A stretch of DNA of 12,001 nucleotides from a virus. Its lineage: Duplodnaviria > Heunggongvirae > Uroviricota > Caudoviricetes. Every line of letters starts with the position of its first letter. Within the stretch, counting starts at the first letter, position 1. The stretch is taken from positions 1 through 12,001 of the IMG/VR virus record IMGVR_UViG_2711768053_000012; one strand, 5' to 3'. Of this stretch, positions 6,071 through 12,001 are shown one piece after another. The notes beneath the pieces are model-generated. The model had not been told where the DNA came from, made no database searches, and saw nothing but the letters and a program-made list of their open reading frames with translations. The position numbers and the translations under genes were made by a program.

Positions 6071-6611
6071 TTACCAGGCACTGCGAATGGCGGCAGAAAA
6101 TGCAACCCCTGGCGAATGGTGTTCTGATGATTATGGGGTAATTGCCGATGCCGGACTGAACGCAAATTACTACATAGCATCATGCTCAGGACCAGATAAT
6201 CGCGCCAATAAGCGATTCATAGCGGCAGCCAATCCGGCTACCGTGCTGGCAGTGCTTGATGAACGGGGAGCCCAAAGCAAACGCATTGCAGAGCTGGAAG
6301 CTAATCTTGTGGCGCTGGCGGCGGAGAATGCAGGGCTGAATAAATTTATCGCACAGAGTTGCTACGTGTTTGATGGCGAGCAGGATGAAATATCTGATGC
6401 GTATATCTGCGCAAGAGACGGAGGTATGCCGCAAACCACGGCTACAGATGCTCTCCTGGCTGATGTACGGGCGGTGGCGTTTGACGAACTTCGCGCGGCG
6501 TTTGTCAGGCACGCAAAAGTTGCAGGACTGGATGATGCCGATACCGTAACGCTTAAGGAAGTGACAGAAGCATTGTTGCATTGTGCGGAACAGATTCGCT
6601 CGCCTGAATAA
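6057..6611 (+). CDS. Ead/Ea22-like phage protein
   Basis: The track ORF starts at 5991 inside the previous gene. I prefer the in-frame GTG at 6057 (AGGAGG 6045-6050, 6 nt upstream); an ATG at about 6090 is an alternative. The N-terminal motif INYQALRMAAENATPGEW resembles the conserved start of Ead/Ea22-like proteins as I recall them. Confidence 0.6.
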   Translation: MSNINYQALRMAAENATPGEWCSDDYGVIADAGLNANYYIASCSGPDNRANKRFIAAANPATVLAVLDERGAQSKRIAELEANLVALAAENAGLNKFIAQSCYVFDGEQDEISDAYICARDGGMPQTTATDALLADVRAVAFDELRAAFVRHAKVAGLDDADTVTLKEVTEALLHCAEQIRSPE

Positions 6612-6705
6612 TTAAATTTAGTGTTGCAAATAAAATTTAATCCTTAACCGGAGGGATTCCTACACCCTCAGAACATCAGGAGGCCGCCCGAAAGGGCGGT
6701 AATGA

Positions 6706-6924
6706 ATGGTCACATTATTCAGAAAAAAATATCCACGAAAGAGTAGAACAACAGAATTCCTGTTTCTCATTCTGTTTATCGTGTTAATGATACCGATATC
6801 CCCGCTAATTTTTGTCTGGGCAATCGGGAAAATAATTGAGCCAGTTATTGAATTGTATAACGACGTGGTATGGGCGTCGTTCAACACACTGCACAATAAA
6901 ATTAATCCGTATAAGGAGAACTGA
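6706..6924 (+). CDS. Hypothetical small membrane protein (72 aa; basic N-terminus plus one transmembrane helix)
   Basis: Track ORF. Product MVTLFRKKYPRKSRTTEFLFLILFIVLMIPISPLIFVWAIGK... Stop at 6922-6924, 1 nt before the next gene's ATG. Region is AT-rich by eye. An AGGAGG at 6678-6683 is separated from the ATG by a GNRA-loop hairpin. Confidence 0.5.
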   Translation: MVTLFRKKYPRKSRTTEFLFLILFIVLMIPISPLIFVWAIGKIIEPVIELYNDVVWASFNTLHNKINPYKEN

Positions 6925-6925
6925 T

Positions 6926-7444
6926 ATGACCACTATTACCAGAGAAAACGCGGAGATTAAATCATTCATCACTGGTTTCCTGAGCGACCCGGCGCACGAT
7001 ATCCAATCTTCAGACAGCCTGCTTGCCAATGTGTTTCGTATCGCACTGGCGTCACTGGAAGCAGAGCCAGTGGCGTGGAAGGCAACCTTCACGCAAATTG
7101 ACAATGAATATAATACGTTCACTGCTCTGTATTCTGACAAAGCAGAAGTCGAACGGTGGGTGCGACTGCATGAAATAGGTGACTTTCGGGCAGAAATAAC
7201 ACCGCTTTACGCAGCGCCGTCAGCGCCGGTAGCTCCAGATGGTTGGATAAGCTGTAGTGAGCGAATGCCAAAAGATGGTCAGCACGTAATTATTTTATGT
7301 GATGGCGCATTCGTTCTTTATGCGCAATATCGGGACGGTGAGTTTTTTGATGTCGTCCGCAATGGTGAGGAATTCTTCGAAACGCAGAGCCGCAATGTAA
7401 CCCACTGGATACTGCTACCGGAGCCGCCGCAGGAGGTGAACTGA
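6926..7444 (+). CDS. Phage protein with C-terminal DUF551-like domain (172 aa)
   Basis: The track ORF starts at 6836 inside the previous gene; ATG at 6926 has an AAGGAGA Shine-Dalgarno 6 nt upstream. C-terminal ...THWILLPEPPQEV matches my recollection of the DUF551 C-terminal motif. Confidence 0.65.
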   Translation: MTTITRENAEIKSFITGFLSDPAHDIQSSDSLLANVFRIALASLEAEPVAWKATFTQIDNEYNTFTALYSDKAEVERWVRLHEIGDFRAEITPLYAAPSAPVAPDGWISCSERMPKDGQHVIILCDGAFVLYAQYRDGEFFDVVRNGEEFFETQSRNVTHWILLPEPPQEVN

Positions 7445-7836
7445 TGAATGAAGGCGACAATGTTATCACCCTGGTGCAGCCAAAATCAGAGGAGGAAGGG
7501 CTCCTTAACGTTGTGATAACCGACAGAAAAAGCGGCGAGCAAAAATACTGTCAGCATATCCGTACAACAATTTCAGAAGTGAAGCGTACGATTACCTGCA
7601 ACCGATGCGGATTGGCTTTAGAACCGTTCGAACTTGTTCTCGACCGTGCGAGAAACGGTGAAAACATCGTGTCAGAGATTAAATCACTCTATGCAAAGCG
7701 GGATGCTCTTCGTGAAGCTGTGGCAAAACTTGAACGTGAAGAGAAAAACGCCAAAGCCCGGTTGCGAGCAGCCAGGACTGCAATACTGTATGCGGAAAAT
7801 GACCTTAAAAATATTGGGCAGGAGGTGAATCGATGA
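7444..7836 (+). CDS. Hypothetical phage protein (130 aa) with Cys pair and C-terminal coiled-coil-like region
   Basis: ATG overlaps the upstream stop (TGATG), AGGAGG 7 nt upstream. CQH...C...CNRC residues and a heptad-like charged C-terminus (AKRDALREAVAKLEREEKNAKARLRAAR). Confidence 0.65.
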   Translation: MNEGDNVITLVQPKSEEEGLLNVVITDRKSGEQKYCQHIRTTISEVKRTITCNRCGLALEPFELVLDRARNGENIVSEIKSLYAKRDALREAVAKLEREEKNAKARLRAARTAILYAENDLKNIGQEVNR

Positions 7837-7916
7837 CCTGGCCTGAGGCATTTACTACGGTAGGAATTGCGATGGCGGTGGCGCTGGTGGTGTATTCGAT
7901 TTGCCGCTGGGGATAA
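7833..7916 (+). CDS. Small hydrophobic peptide (27 aa), translationally coupled
   Basis: Below the ORF-track cutoff; my own translation is MTWPEAFTTVGIAMAVALVVYSICRWG. ATG overlaps the upstream stop (ATGA), with a consensus AGGAGG (7820-7825) 7 nt upstream. Single predicted transmembrane segment. Confidence 0.45.
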   Translation: MTWPEAFTTVGIAMAVALVVYSICRWG

Positions 7917-8127
7917 AAACGGTTTGCGGGAAAAGGAGAGTTAAGTAGAATTGCTGCGGGTGCTTGAGGCTATCTGCCTCAGGCATGAACACCAAAAGGC
8001 AGATAGAGAAAAGCCCCAGTTAACATTACGCGTCCTGCAAGACGCTTAACATTAATCTGAGGCCCAATCTATGTCTCACAAATGTAGGTTAGCCTCTTAC
8101 GTGCCGAAAGGCAAGGAGAAGCAGGCT

Positions 8128-8283
8128 ATGAAGCAGCAAAAGGCGATGTTAATCGCCCTGATCGTCATCTGTTTAACCGTCATAGTGACGGCACTGGTAA
8201 CGAGGAAAGACCTCTGCGAGGTACGAATCCGAACCGGCCAGACGGAGGTCGCTGTCTTCACAGCTTACGAACCTGAGGAGTAA
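8128..8283 (+). CDS. hokD: Hok/Gef family type I toxin (51 aa)
   Basis: Product MKQQKAMLIALIVICLTVIVTALVTRKDLCEVRIRTGQTEVAVFTAYEPEE matches my recollection of E. coli HokD (RelF) and aligns closely with Gef/Hok. AAGGAGA Shine-Dalgarno 8 nt upstream of the ATG at 8128. The track ORF starts at an upstream in-frame ATG (8071) giving 70 aa. The upstream leader is highly structured and a terminator follows. Confidence 0.85.
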   Translation: MKQQKAMLIALIVICLTVIVTALVTRKDLCEVRIRTGQTEVAVFTAYEPEE

Positions 8284-8351
8284 GAGACCAGGCGGGGGAG
8301 AAATCCCTCGCCACCTCTGATGTGTCAGGCATCCTCAACGCACCCGCACTT

Positions 8352-8376
8352 AACCCGCTTCGGCGGGTTTTTTATT
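8352..8376 (+). terminator. Rho-independent terminator after hok
   Basis: Hairpin AACCCGC-ttcg-GCGGGTT followed by TTTTTTATT. The 21 bp TAACCCGCTTCGGCGGGTTTT (8351-8371) recur identically at 10186-10206. Confidence 0.75.
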
Positions 8377-8421
8377 GGTTGACAAAATTATGAATATGCA
8401 CCAATATCTTGGTTGACAAAA
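8375..8421 (+). promoter_or_regulatory. Tandem 13-bp direct repeats TTGGTTGACAAAA (8375-8387 and 8409-8421) containing a consensus -35 TTGACA; candidate promoter/operator of the cassette
   Basis: Read from the sequence; repeats are 34 bp apart. The first TTGACA (8379-8384) with a 17-nt spacer gives a weak -10 CAATAT (8402-8407), placing the second repeat near the predicted transcription start. Confidence 0.45.
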
Positions 8422-8456
8422 GTCGTTTTTTGCACGGATTAGGCGGAGAAGTGTCT

Positions 8457-9050
8457 ATGCAGAAGCATCCATTCCCTTGGGAGTTCTTTCCTGAGTTAAC
8501 AGAGGATCGTTTAACCATTATAGCTGAGGAGTTGCTCAGGATACAGGATATTACTCATGAGTTATTGTCATCGCCCTATGATGATAATTACACTCGTGGT
8601 GGTTGTACATTTGGGCGTCAGCGGCAGGCGTTGCTACAAATGTGCATACGAAAGACATATGACTGGTTAAGACTACTTAATCCTGGCATGGATCTTACGT
8701 TTTCAATTGGGAATGTCCCTATTCGTTTCTTTACTGATGACGCAGATAACCCCAAGAAACGCGGTTTTTTCAAAAGAAATGATGCTGATCGACTCTTTGA
8801 GTCAGAGGAGACCACTCCAACTATGCATCGCTTTGTGGTTGAAAAGCCTGAATTTGAAGGCGAGGGTGGTAGAGTCATTTTTAATGGCTATAACGTGTTT
8901 GGTGAGATCGTGTCAACTTGGACATATGGTGCGGACCGTGTTGTTATGCTGAACTCTGTCGATGATGTACCTCCAGCACCGGTACCTATCGAACTAGAAC
9001 CTATCAGTGCGTCTAAGACTGAGAAGGAAAAGAAACAAAATAGCAAATAG
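8457..9050 (+). CDS. Hypothetical protein, first gene of the cassette (197 aa from ATG 8457; 213 aa if ATG 8409 is used)
   Basis: Track ORF 8409..9050. I prefer the in-frame ATG at 8457 (GGAG about 10 nt upstream) because the 8409 ATG lies inside the direct-repeat/-35 element. No recognisable catalytic motif; acidic Pro-rich C-terminus and Lys-rich tail. AT-richer than the flanks by eye. Confidence 0.6.
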   Translation: MQKHPFPWEFFPELTEDRLTIIAEELLRIQDITHELLSSPYDDNYTRGGCTFGRQRQALLQMCIRKTYDWLRLLNPGMDLTFSIGNVPIRFFTDDADNPKKRGFFKRNDADRLFESEETTPTMHRFVVEKPEFEGEGGRVIFNGYNVFGEIVSTWTYGADRVVMLNSVDDVPPAPVPIELEPISASKTEKEKKQNSK

Positions 9051-9060
9051 TGGGTGAAAT

Positions 9061-10182
9061 GTGTTTAACGGTACTAATTTAAGACTTGCTCGTCTGTATC
9101 ACGAGCTATCTCTGGAGCAGGTTGCTGAGAAGGTTGAAAAAACACGCCAGTATGTACAGCGACTGGAGTCTGGTTCAGCTACTCCATCCCCAGAGCTTAT
9201 AAATAAATTAGCCGAGGTTTTGCGCGTGAAGCCCGCCTTTTTCGAAGGGCAGGAACATTCTCCTGTTAATGAAGAGATTGTACATTTTCGTAAACGCGCC
9301 TCGACAAGGATGTCAACGAAGCTATCAACACTCGCTAAGGCTGAGTTTTATCGTCGTTTTATTGATGTATTTGAAGATAACCTTAATTTGTCACCTGTTC
9401 GATTTCCTGAATTTCGTGTCCATACACAAGAAGATATCGAGCGAGCGGCAGAAAAATGTCGTATTGAGTGGGGCTTAGGCTTTGGCCCAATTGAAAATAT
9501 GACTCGCCTTGCCGAGAAACTTGGGGCGTTTGTTACTTCATTTGACTCCGTTTCGGATGAAGTAGATGCACTGTCTGTTCCTCTACGAAGGCCTTTTATT
9601 GTTCGAAATACAGCTAAAAATTCACCTTGTAGGCAACGCTTTGATATTGCTCATGAGGTTGCCCATTTGATTCTTCATGAAGGAATTTCTACTGGGGATA
9701 GATTAACTGAATCCCAGGCAAACCGCTTTGCCTCTGCTCTGTTGCTTCCCAGAACGTCGATGGCGAAATATTTTCCAAGACCTGTGGGGGGGAGGATAAA
9801 TTGGCAGGGACTAAGCCAATTTAAGTTGACATGGAAAGTAAGTAAGGCTGCCATTGTTTACAGGGCTCATCAATTAGGACTTTTGACTGATGAGCAGTAC
9901 AGAACTGCATTTATGGGGTTGAAACGGAAAGGGGAAGCTATTGATGAAAAAGAAGATTATCTAATCCCTCATGAGCGTCCTGAGTTATTCCGTCGGGCTT
10001 TATCGTTTTTATTTGAAGAGTTAGGATACGACCCACAGCGTATAGCTGATGAAATGGATATAGAAGTGGACATTTTTTATGAGTTAGTAGGAGATGATCT
10101 TCCTGCGGTTCATGAACTGCCAGGAAGTGGTGATGTTGTTTCACTACAATCTTACCGAACTCTTAGAGGCAAAATTCACTAG
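9061..10182 (+). CDS. Fused HTH_XRE DNA-binding domain plus ImmA/IrrE-family (DUF955/COG2856-type) HExxH zinc metallopeptidase, 373 aa
   Basis: GTG start at 9061, first start after an in-frame stop and 10 nt after the upstream gene's stop. N-terminal HTH (LSLEQVAEKVEKTRQYVQRLESGSATPSPELINKLAEVLRV); HEVAH (HExxH) at about 9652-9666 inside FDIAHEVAHLILHE, typical of ImmA/IrrE peptidases; about 120-aa C-terminal extension. A terminator follows immediately. Confidence 0.8.
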   Translation: MFNGTNLRLARLYHELSLEQVAEKVEKTRQYVQRLESGSATPSPELINKLAEVLRVKPAFFEGQEHSPVNEEIVHFRKRASTRMSTKLSTLAKAEFYRRFIDVFEDNLNLSPVRFPEFRVHTQEDIERAAEKCRIEWGLGFGPIENMTRLAEKLGAFVTSFDSVSDEVDALSVPLRRPFIVRNTAKNSPCRQRFDIAHEVAHLILHEGISTGDRLTESQANRFASALLLPRTSMAKYFPRPVGGRINWQGLSQFKLTWKVSKAAIVYRAHQLGLLTDEQYRTAFMGLKRKGEAIDEKEDYLIPHERPELFRRALSFLFEELGYDPQRIADEMDIEVDIFYELVGDDLPAVHELPGSGDVVSLQSYRTLRGKIH

Positions 10183-10186
10183 GCAT

Positions 10187-10214
10187 AACCCGCTTCGGCG
10201 GGTTTTGTTTTTTC
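10187..10214 (+). terminator. Rho-independent terminator after the cassette (sequence-identical to the hok terminator)
   Basis: Hairpin AACCCGC-ttcg-GCGGGTT followed by TTGTTTTTTCT, beginning 5 nt after the stop at 10182. Confidence 0.75.
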
Positions 10215-10285
10215 TGAGCATCCTGGTTTACAATTCGCACGTCAGCCTGAACACCTGACACCTGCTGCGCCAGCAGAGAAAACCG

Positions 10286-10558
10286 ATGGCGCACAATACC
10301 AAACATCACAATTCTGATACCGACCTTGCCAGCAGGCACGGGCGGCGTTCTCATACATTCAAATATGACTGGTTCCAGCATGATCCATGCACTGAAGAAC
10401 AGGCCGAATGGCTGATTCAGTGTTACCGCAGGCGCGGATGCGAGGTTAAAAAAGCCCTTAGCCTCGACTACCGACATTGGATAATTTCAGTCAGGCTCCC
10501 TTATTCCGAACGCCCGCCGCGTCCGTCCCGCACATTACAGCAACGGATCTGGAGGTAA
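10286..10558 (+). CDS. Hypothetical protein (90 aa), rem-like by position
   Basis: Track ORF ending 1 nt before the YdfU-like start; weak Shine-Dalgarno. Sits directly upstream of the DUF968 gene, as rem does relative to ydfU in E. coli K-12 Qin (recollection of gene order only, no sequence recognition). Confidence 0.4.
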   Translation: MAHNTKHHNSDTDLASRHGRRSHTFKYDWFQHDPCTEEQAEWLIQCYRRRGCEVKKALSLDYRHWIISVRLPYSERPPRPSRTLQQRIWR

Positions 10559-10559
10559 C

Positions 10560-11609
10560 ATGCGGGTATTGCTTCGACCTGTTCTGGTACCGGAACTCGG
10601 GCTGGTGGTCCTTAAGCCTGGTCGTGAATCCATGCAGGTATTTCATAATCCTCGAGTGCTGGTGGAGCCGGAACCGAAAAGCATGCGCAGTCTGCCGTCA
10701 GGAGCTGTTCCTGCCGTTCGCCAGCCGCTCGTGGAAGATAAATCATTACTGCCATTTTTCAGCGATGAGCGGGCGATTCGTGCTGCTGGCGGCGCTGGCG
10801 CATTGTCTGACTGGCTCCTGCGTCATGTTAAATCCTGCCAGTGGCCTCATGGTGACTATCACCACAGCGAAACCGTCATACATCGTTACGGTACCGGCGC
10901 AATGGTGTTGTGCTGGCACTGTGACAACCAGCTGCGCGACCAGACATCAGAATCACTCGGGCAACTTGCTCAACAAAACTTGTCAGCATGGATGATTGAC
11001 GTCATCCGTCACGCAATGAATGGCACACAGGAGCGGGAATTATCGCTAGCTGAATTATCCTGGTGGGCGGTCTGCAATCGGGTAGCGGACGCGCTACCGG
11101 AGGCAGTATTACGTCGTTCTCTGGGGTTACGTGCGGAAAAAATCCGTTCGGCGTACCGCGAAAGTGACATCGTACCGGGAGAGCAGACAGCCACCAGCAT
11201 ACTGAAGCAGCGCACAAAAAATATTGTGCTACCGCCTCACGCCCACCAGCAACAGAACCCACCACAGGAAAAGACGGTGGTCAGCATTGCCGTTGATCCG
11301 GAGTCTCCTGAATCTTTCATGAAACGACCTAAACGTCGCCGTTGGGTTAATAAGAAATACACGCGCTGGGTAAAGACACAGCCGTGTGCGTGTTGTGGTA
11401 AGCCAGCCGACGATCCCCATCACCTGATTGGTCACGGTCAGGGAGGGATGGGAACAAAGGCCCACGATATTTTCACGCTACCGTTGTGCCGGGAACATCA
11501 CAACGAACTTCATGCGGATCTGCTGGCGTTCGAAGAAAAGCATGGTTCTCAGGTTGATTTAATTTTTCGTTTTCTTGATCACGCCTTTGCAACCGGCGTG
11601 CTCGGGTAA
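10560..11609 (+). CDS. DUF968-like protein, YdfU-like (349 aa) with C-terminal Cys/His-rich region
   Basis: GGAGG Shine-Dalgarno 4 nt upstream of ATG. C-terminal CACCGKPADDPHHLIGHG...CREHHNELH looks like a zinc-binding/HNH-like motif. Length and position (after a hok toxin, before nin-region genes) match my recollection of Qin YdfU. Confidence 0.65.
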   Translation: MRVLLRPVLVPELGLVVLKPGRESMQVFHNPRVLVEPEPKSMRSLPSGAVPAVRQPLVEDKSLLPFFSDERAIRAAGGAGALSDWLLRHVKSCQWPHGDYHHSETVIHRYGTGAMVLCWHCDNQLRDQTSESLGQLAQQNLSAWMIDVIRHAMNGTQERELSLAELSWWAVCNRVADALPEAVLRRSLGLRAEKIRSAYRESDIVPGEQTATSILKQRTKNIVLPPHAHQQQNPPQEKTVVSIAVDPESPESFMKRPKRRRWVNKKYTRWVKTQPCACCGKPADDPHHLIGHGQGGMGTKAHDIFTLPLCREHHNELHADLLAFEEKHGSQVDLIFRFLDHAFATGVLG

Positions 11610-11621
11610 AAGAGGTTACTG

Positions 11622-11996
11622 ATGCGTATAGAGTTTGTTTTGCCTTACCCACCGACGGTGAACACCTACTGGCGACGTCGTGGCAGCACATATTTTGTAT
11701 CAAAAGCCGGTGAGCGTTATCGCCGGGATGTGGCACTTATTGTTCGCCAGCAGCGACTGAAATTAAACCTGTCCGGAAGGCTAGCGATAAAGATTATTGC
11801 AGAGCCACCGGATAAGCGCCGCCGCGACCTGGACAATATCCTGAAGGCACCACTGGATGCGCTGACGCATGCCGGACTACTTATAGACGACGAGCAGTTT
11901 GATGAAATCAATATTGTGCGCGGTCAGCTCGTTCCTGGTGGACGTCTGGGGGTGAAGATTTACCCCATAATGCATGAAGAGCAGGTCAAAAAATGA
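11622..11996 (+). CDS. rusA: RusA-family Holliday junction resolvase
   Basis: 124 aa. PPDKRRRDLDNILKAPLDALTHAGLLIDDEQ matches the RusA catalytic region (E. coli RusA [30 protein letters not shown], from memory). AGAGG Shine-Dalgarno upstream. An ATG overlapping its stop (11993) probably starts the next nin-region gene. Confidence 0.85.
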   Translation: MRIEFVLPYPPTVNTYWRRRGSTYFVSKAGERYRRDVALIVRQQRLKLNLSGRLAIKIIAEPPDKRRRDLDNILKAPLDALTHAGLLIDDEQFDEINIVRGQLVPGGRLGVKIYPIMHEEQVKK

Positions 11997-12001
11997 AGCT
12001 G

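Noticed and set aside
6836-6925. Upstream start (6836) for the DUF551-like gene
   Set aside because: Would overlap the small membrane protein gene in another frame; ATG at 6926 has an AAGGAGA ribosome-binding site and follows the upstream stop by 1 nt.
6186-7140. Minus-strand ORFs 6186..6581, 6660..6896, 6805..7140
   Set aside because: Antisense to the co-oriented, translationally coupled plus-strand genes; no ribosome-binding sites.
7634-7828. Plus-strand ORF of 64 aa in an alternative frame
   Set aside because: Embedded within gene 7444..7836 with no start signals.
8071-8127. Extended 70-aa form of hok starting at ATG 8071
   Set aside because: Hok family toxins are about 50 aa and the ATG at 8128 has the ribosome-binding site. 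The extension is kept only as a possible Mok-like leader frame (see findings).
8618-10144. ORFs 8618..8878 (-), 8707..8952 (+), 9269..9478 (+), 9938..10144 (-)
   Set aside because: Alternative-frame or antisense ORFs inside the two cassette genes; no start signals.
10163-10995. ORFs 10163..10477 (-) and 10477..10995 (+)
   Set aside because: The first runs across the terminator hairpin antisense to the rem-like gene; the second is an off-frame, Cys/Trp-rich overlap of the YdfU-like gene.
11002-11911. Five minus-strand ORFs between 11002 and 11911
   Set aside because: Antisense to the YdfU-like and RusA genes; Arg/Cys/Trp-rich compositions typical of GC-rich antisense frames.
1-12001. Search for tRNA/rRNA genes, an integrase/attachment site or an IS transposase
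   Set aside because: No cloverleaf-like tRNA, no rRNA-like stretch and no transposase or integrase ORF in this window; the prophage ends are presumably outside it.

Overview
This window reads as the early/regulatory region of a lambdoid enterobacterial prophage, and its most interesting feature is a two-gene cassette at 8375-10214 that looks like an inserted accessory (moron) module. All calls come from reading the sequence and the ORF track by eye; no searches were run, and family names are from memory of conserved motifs. Layout, left to right: a leftward early operon (start of an exonuclease-like gene running off the left edge, several small genes, ydaF/ydaG-like ORFs); a CI-like repressor (HTH plus S24 self-cleaving peptidase) on the minus strand; a divergent rightward operon with a Cro-like gene, a YdaT (CII-analogue)-like gene, a replication initiator carrying iteron-like repeats, and accessory genes (winged-HTH, DUF4406-like, Ead/Ea22-like, DUF551-like); a Hok/Gef type I toxin; the cassette; then rem-like, YdfU/DUF968-like and RusA genes. 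The cassette encodes an unrecognised 197-aa protein followed by a fused HTH_XRE / ImmA-IrrE-type HExxH metallopeptidase. It sits between hok and the rem/ydfU-like genes, which I recall as adjacent in E. coli K-12 Qin, and is bracketed by two identical 21-bp terminator hairpins. It is the best candidate for an undescribed defence, abortive-infection or toxin-antitoxin-like system. No rRNA, tRNA, CRISPR array or transposase was seen.
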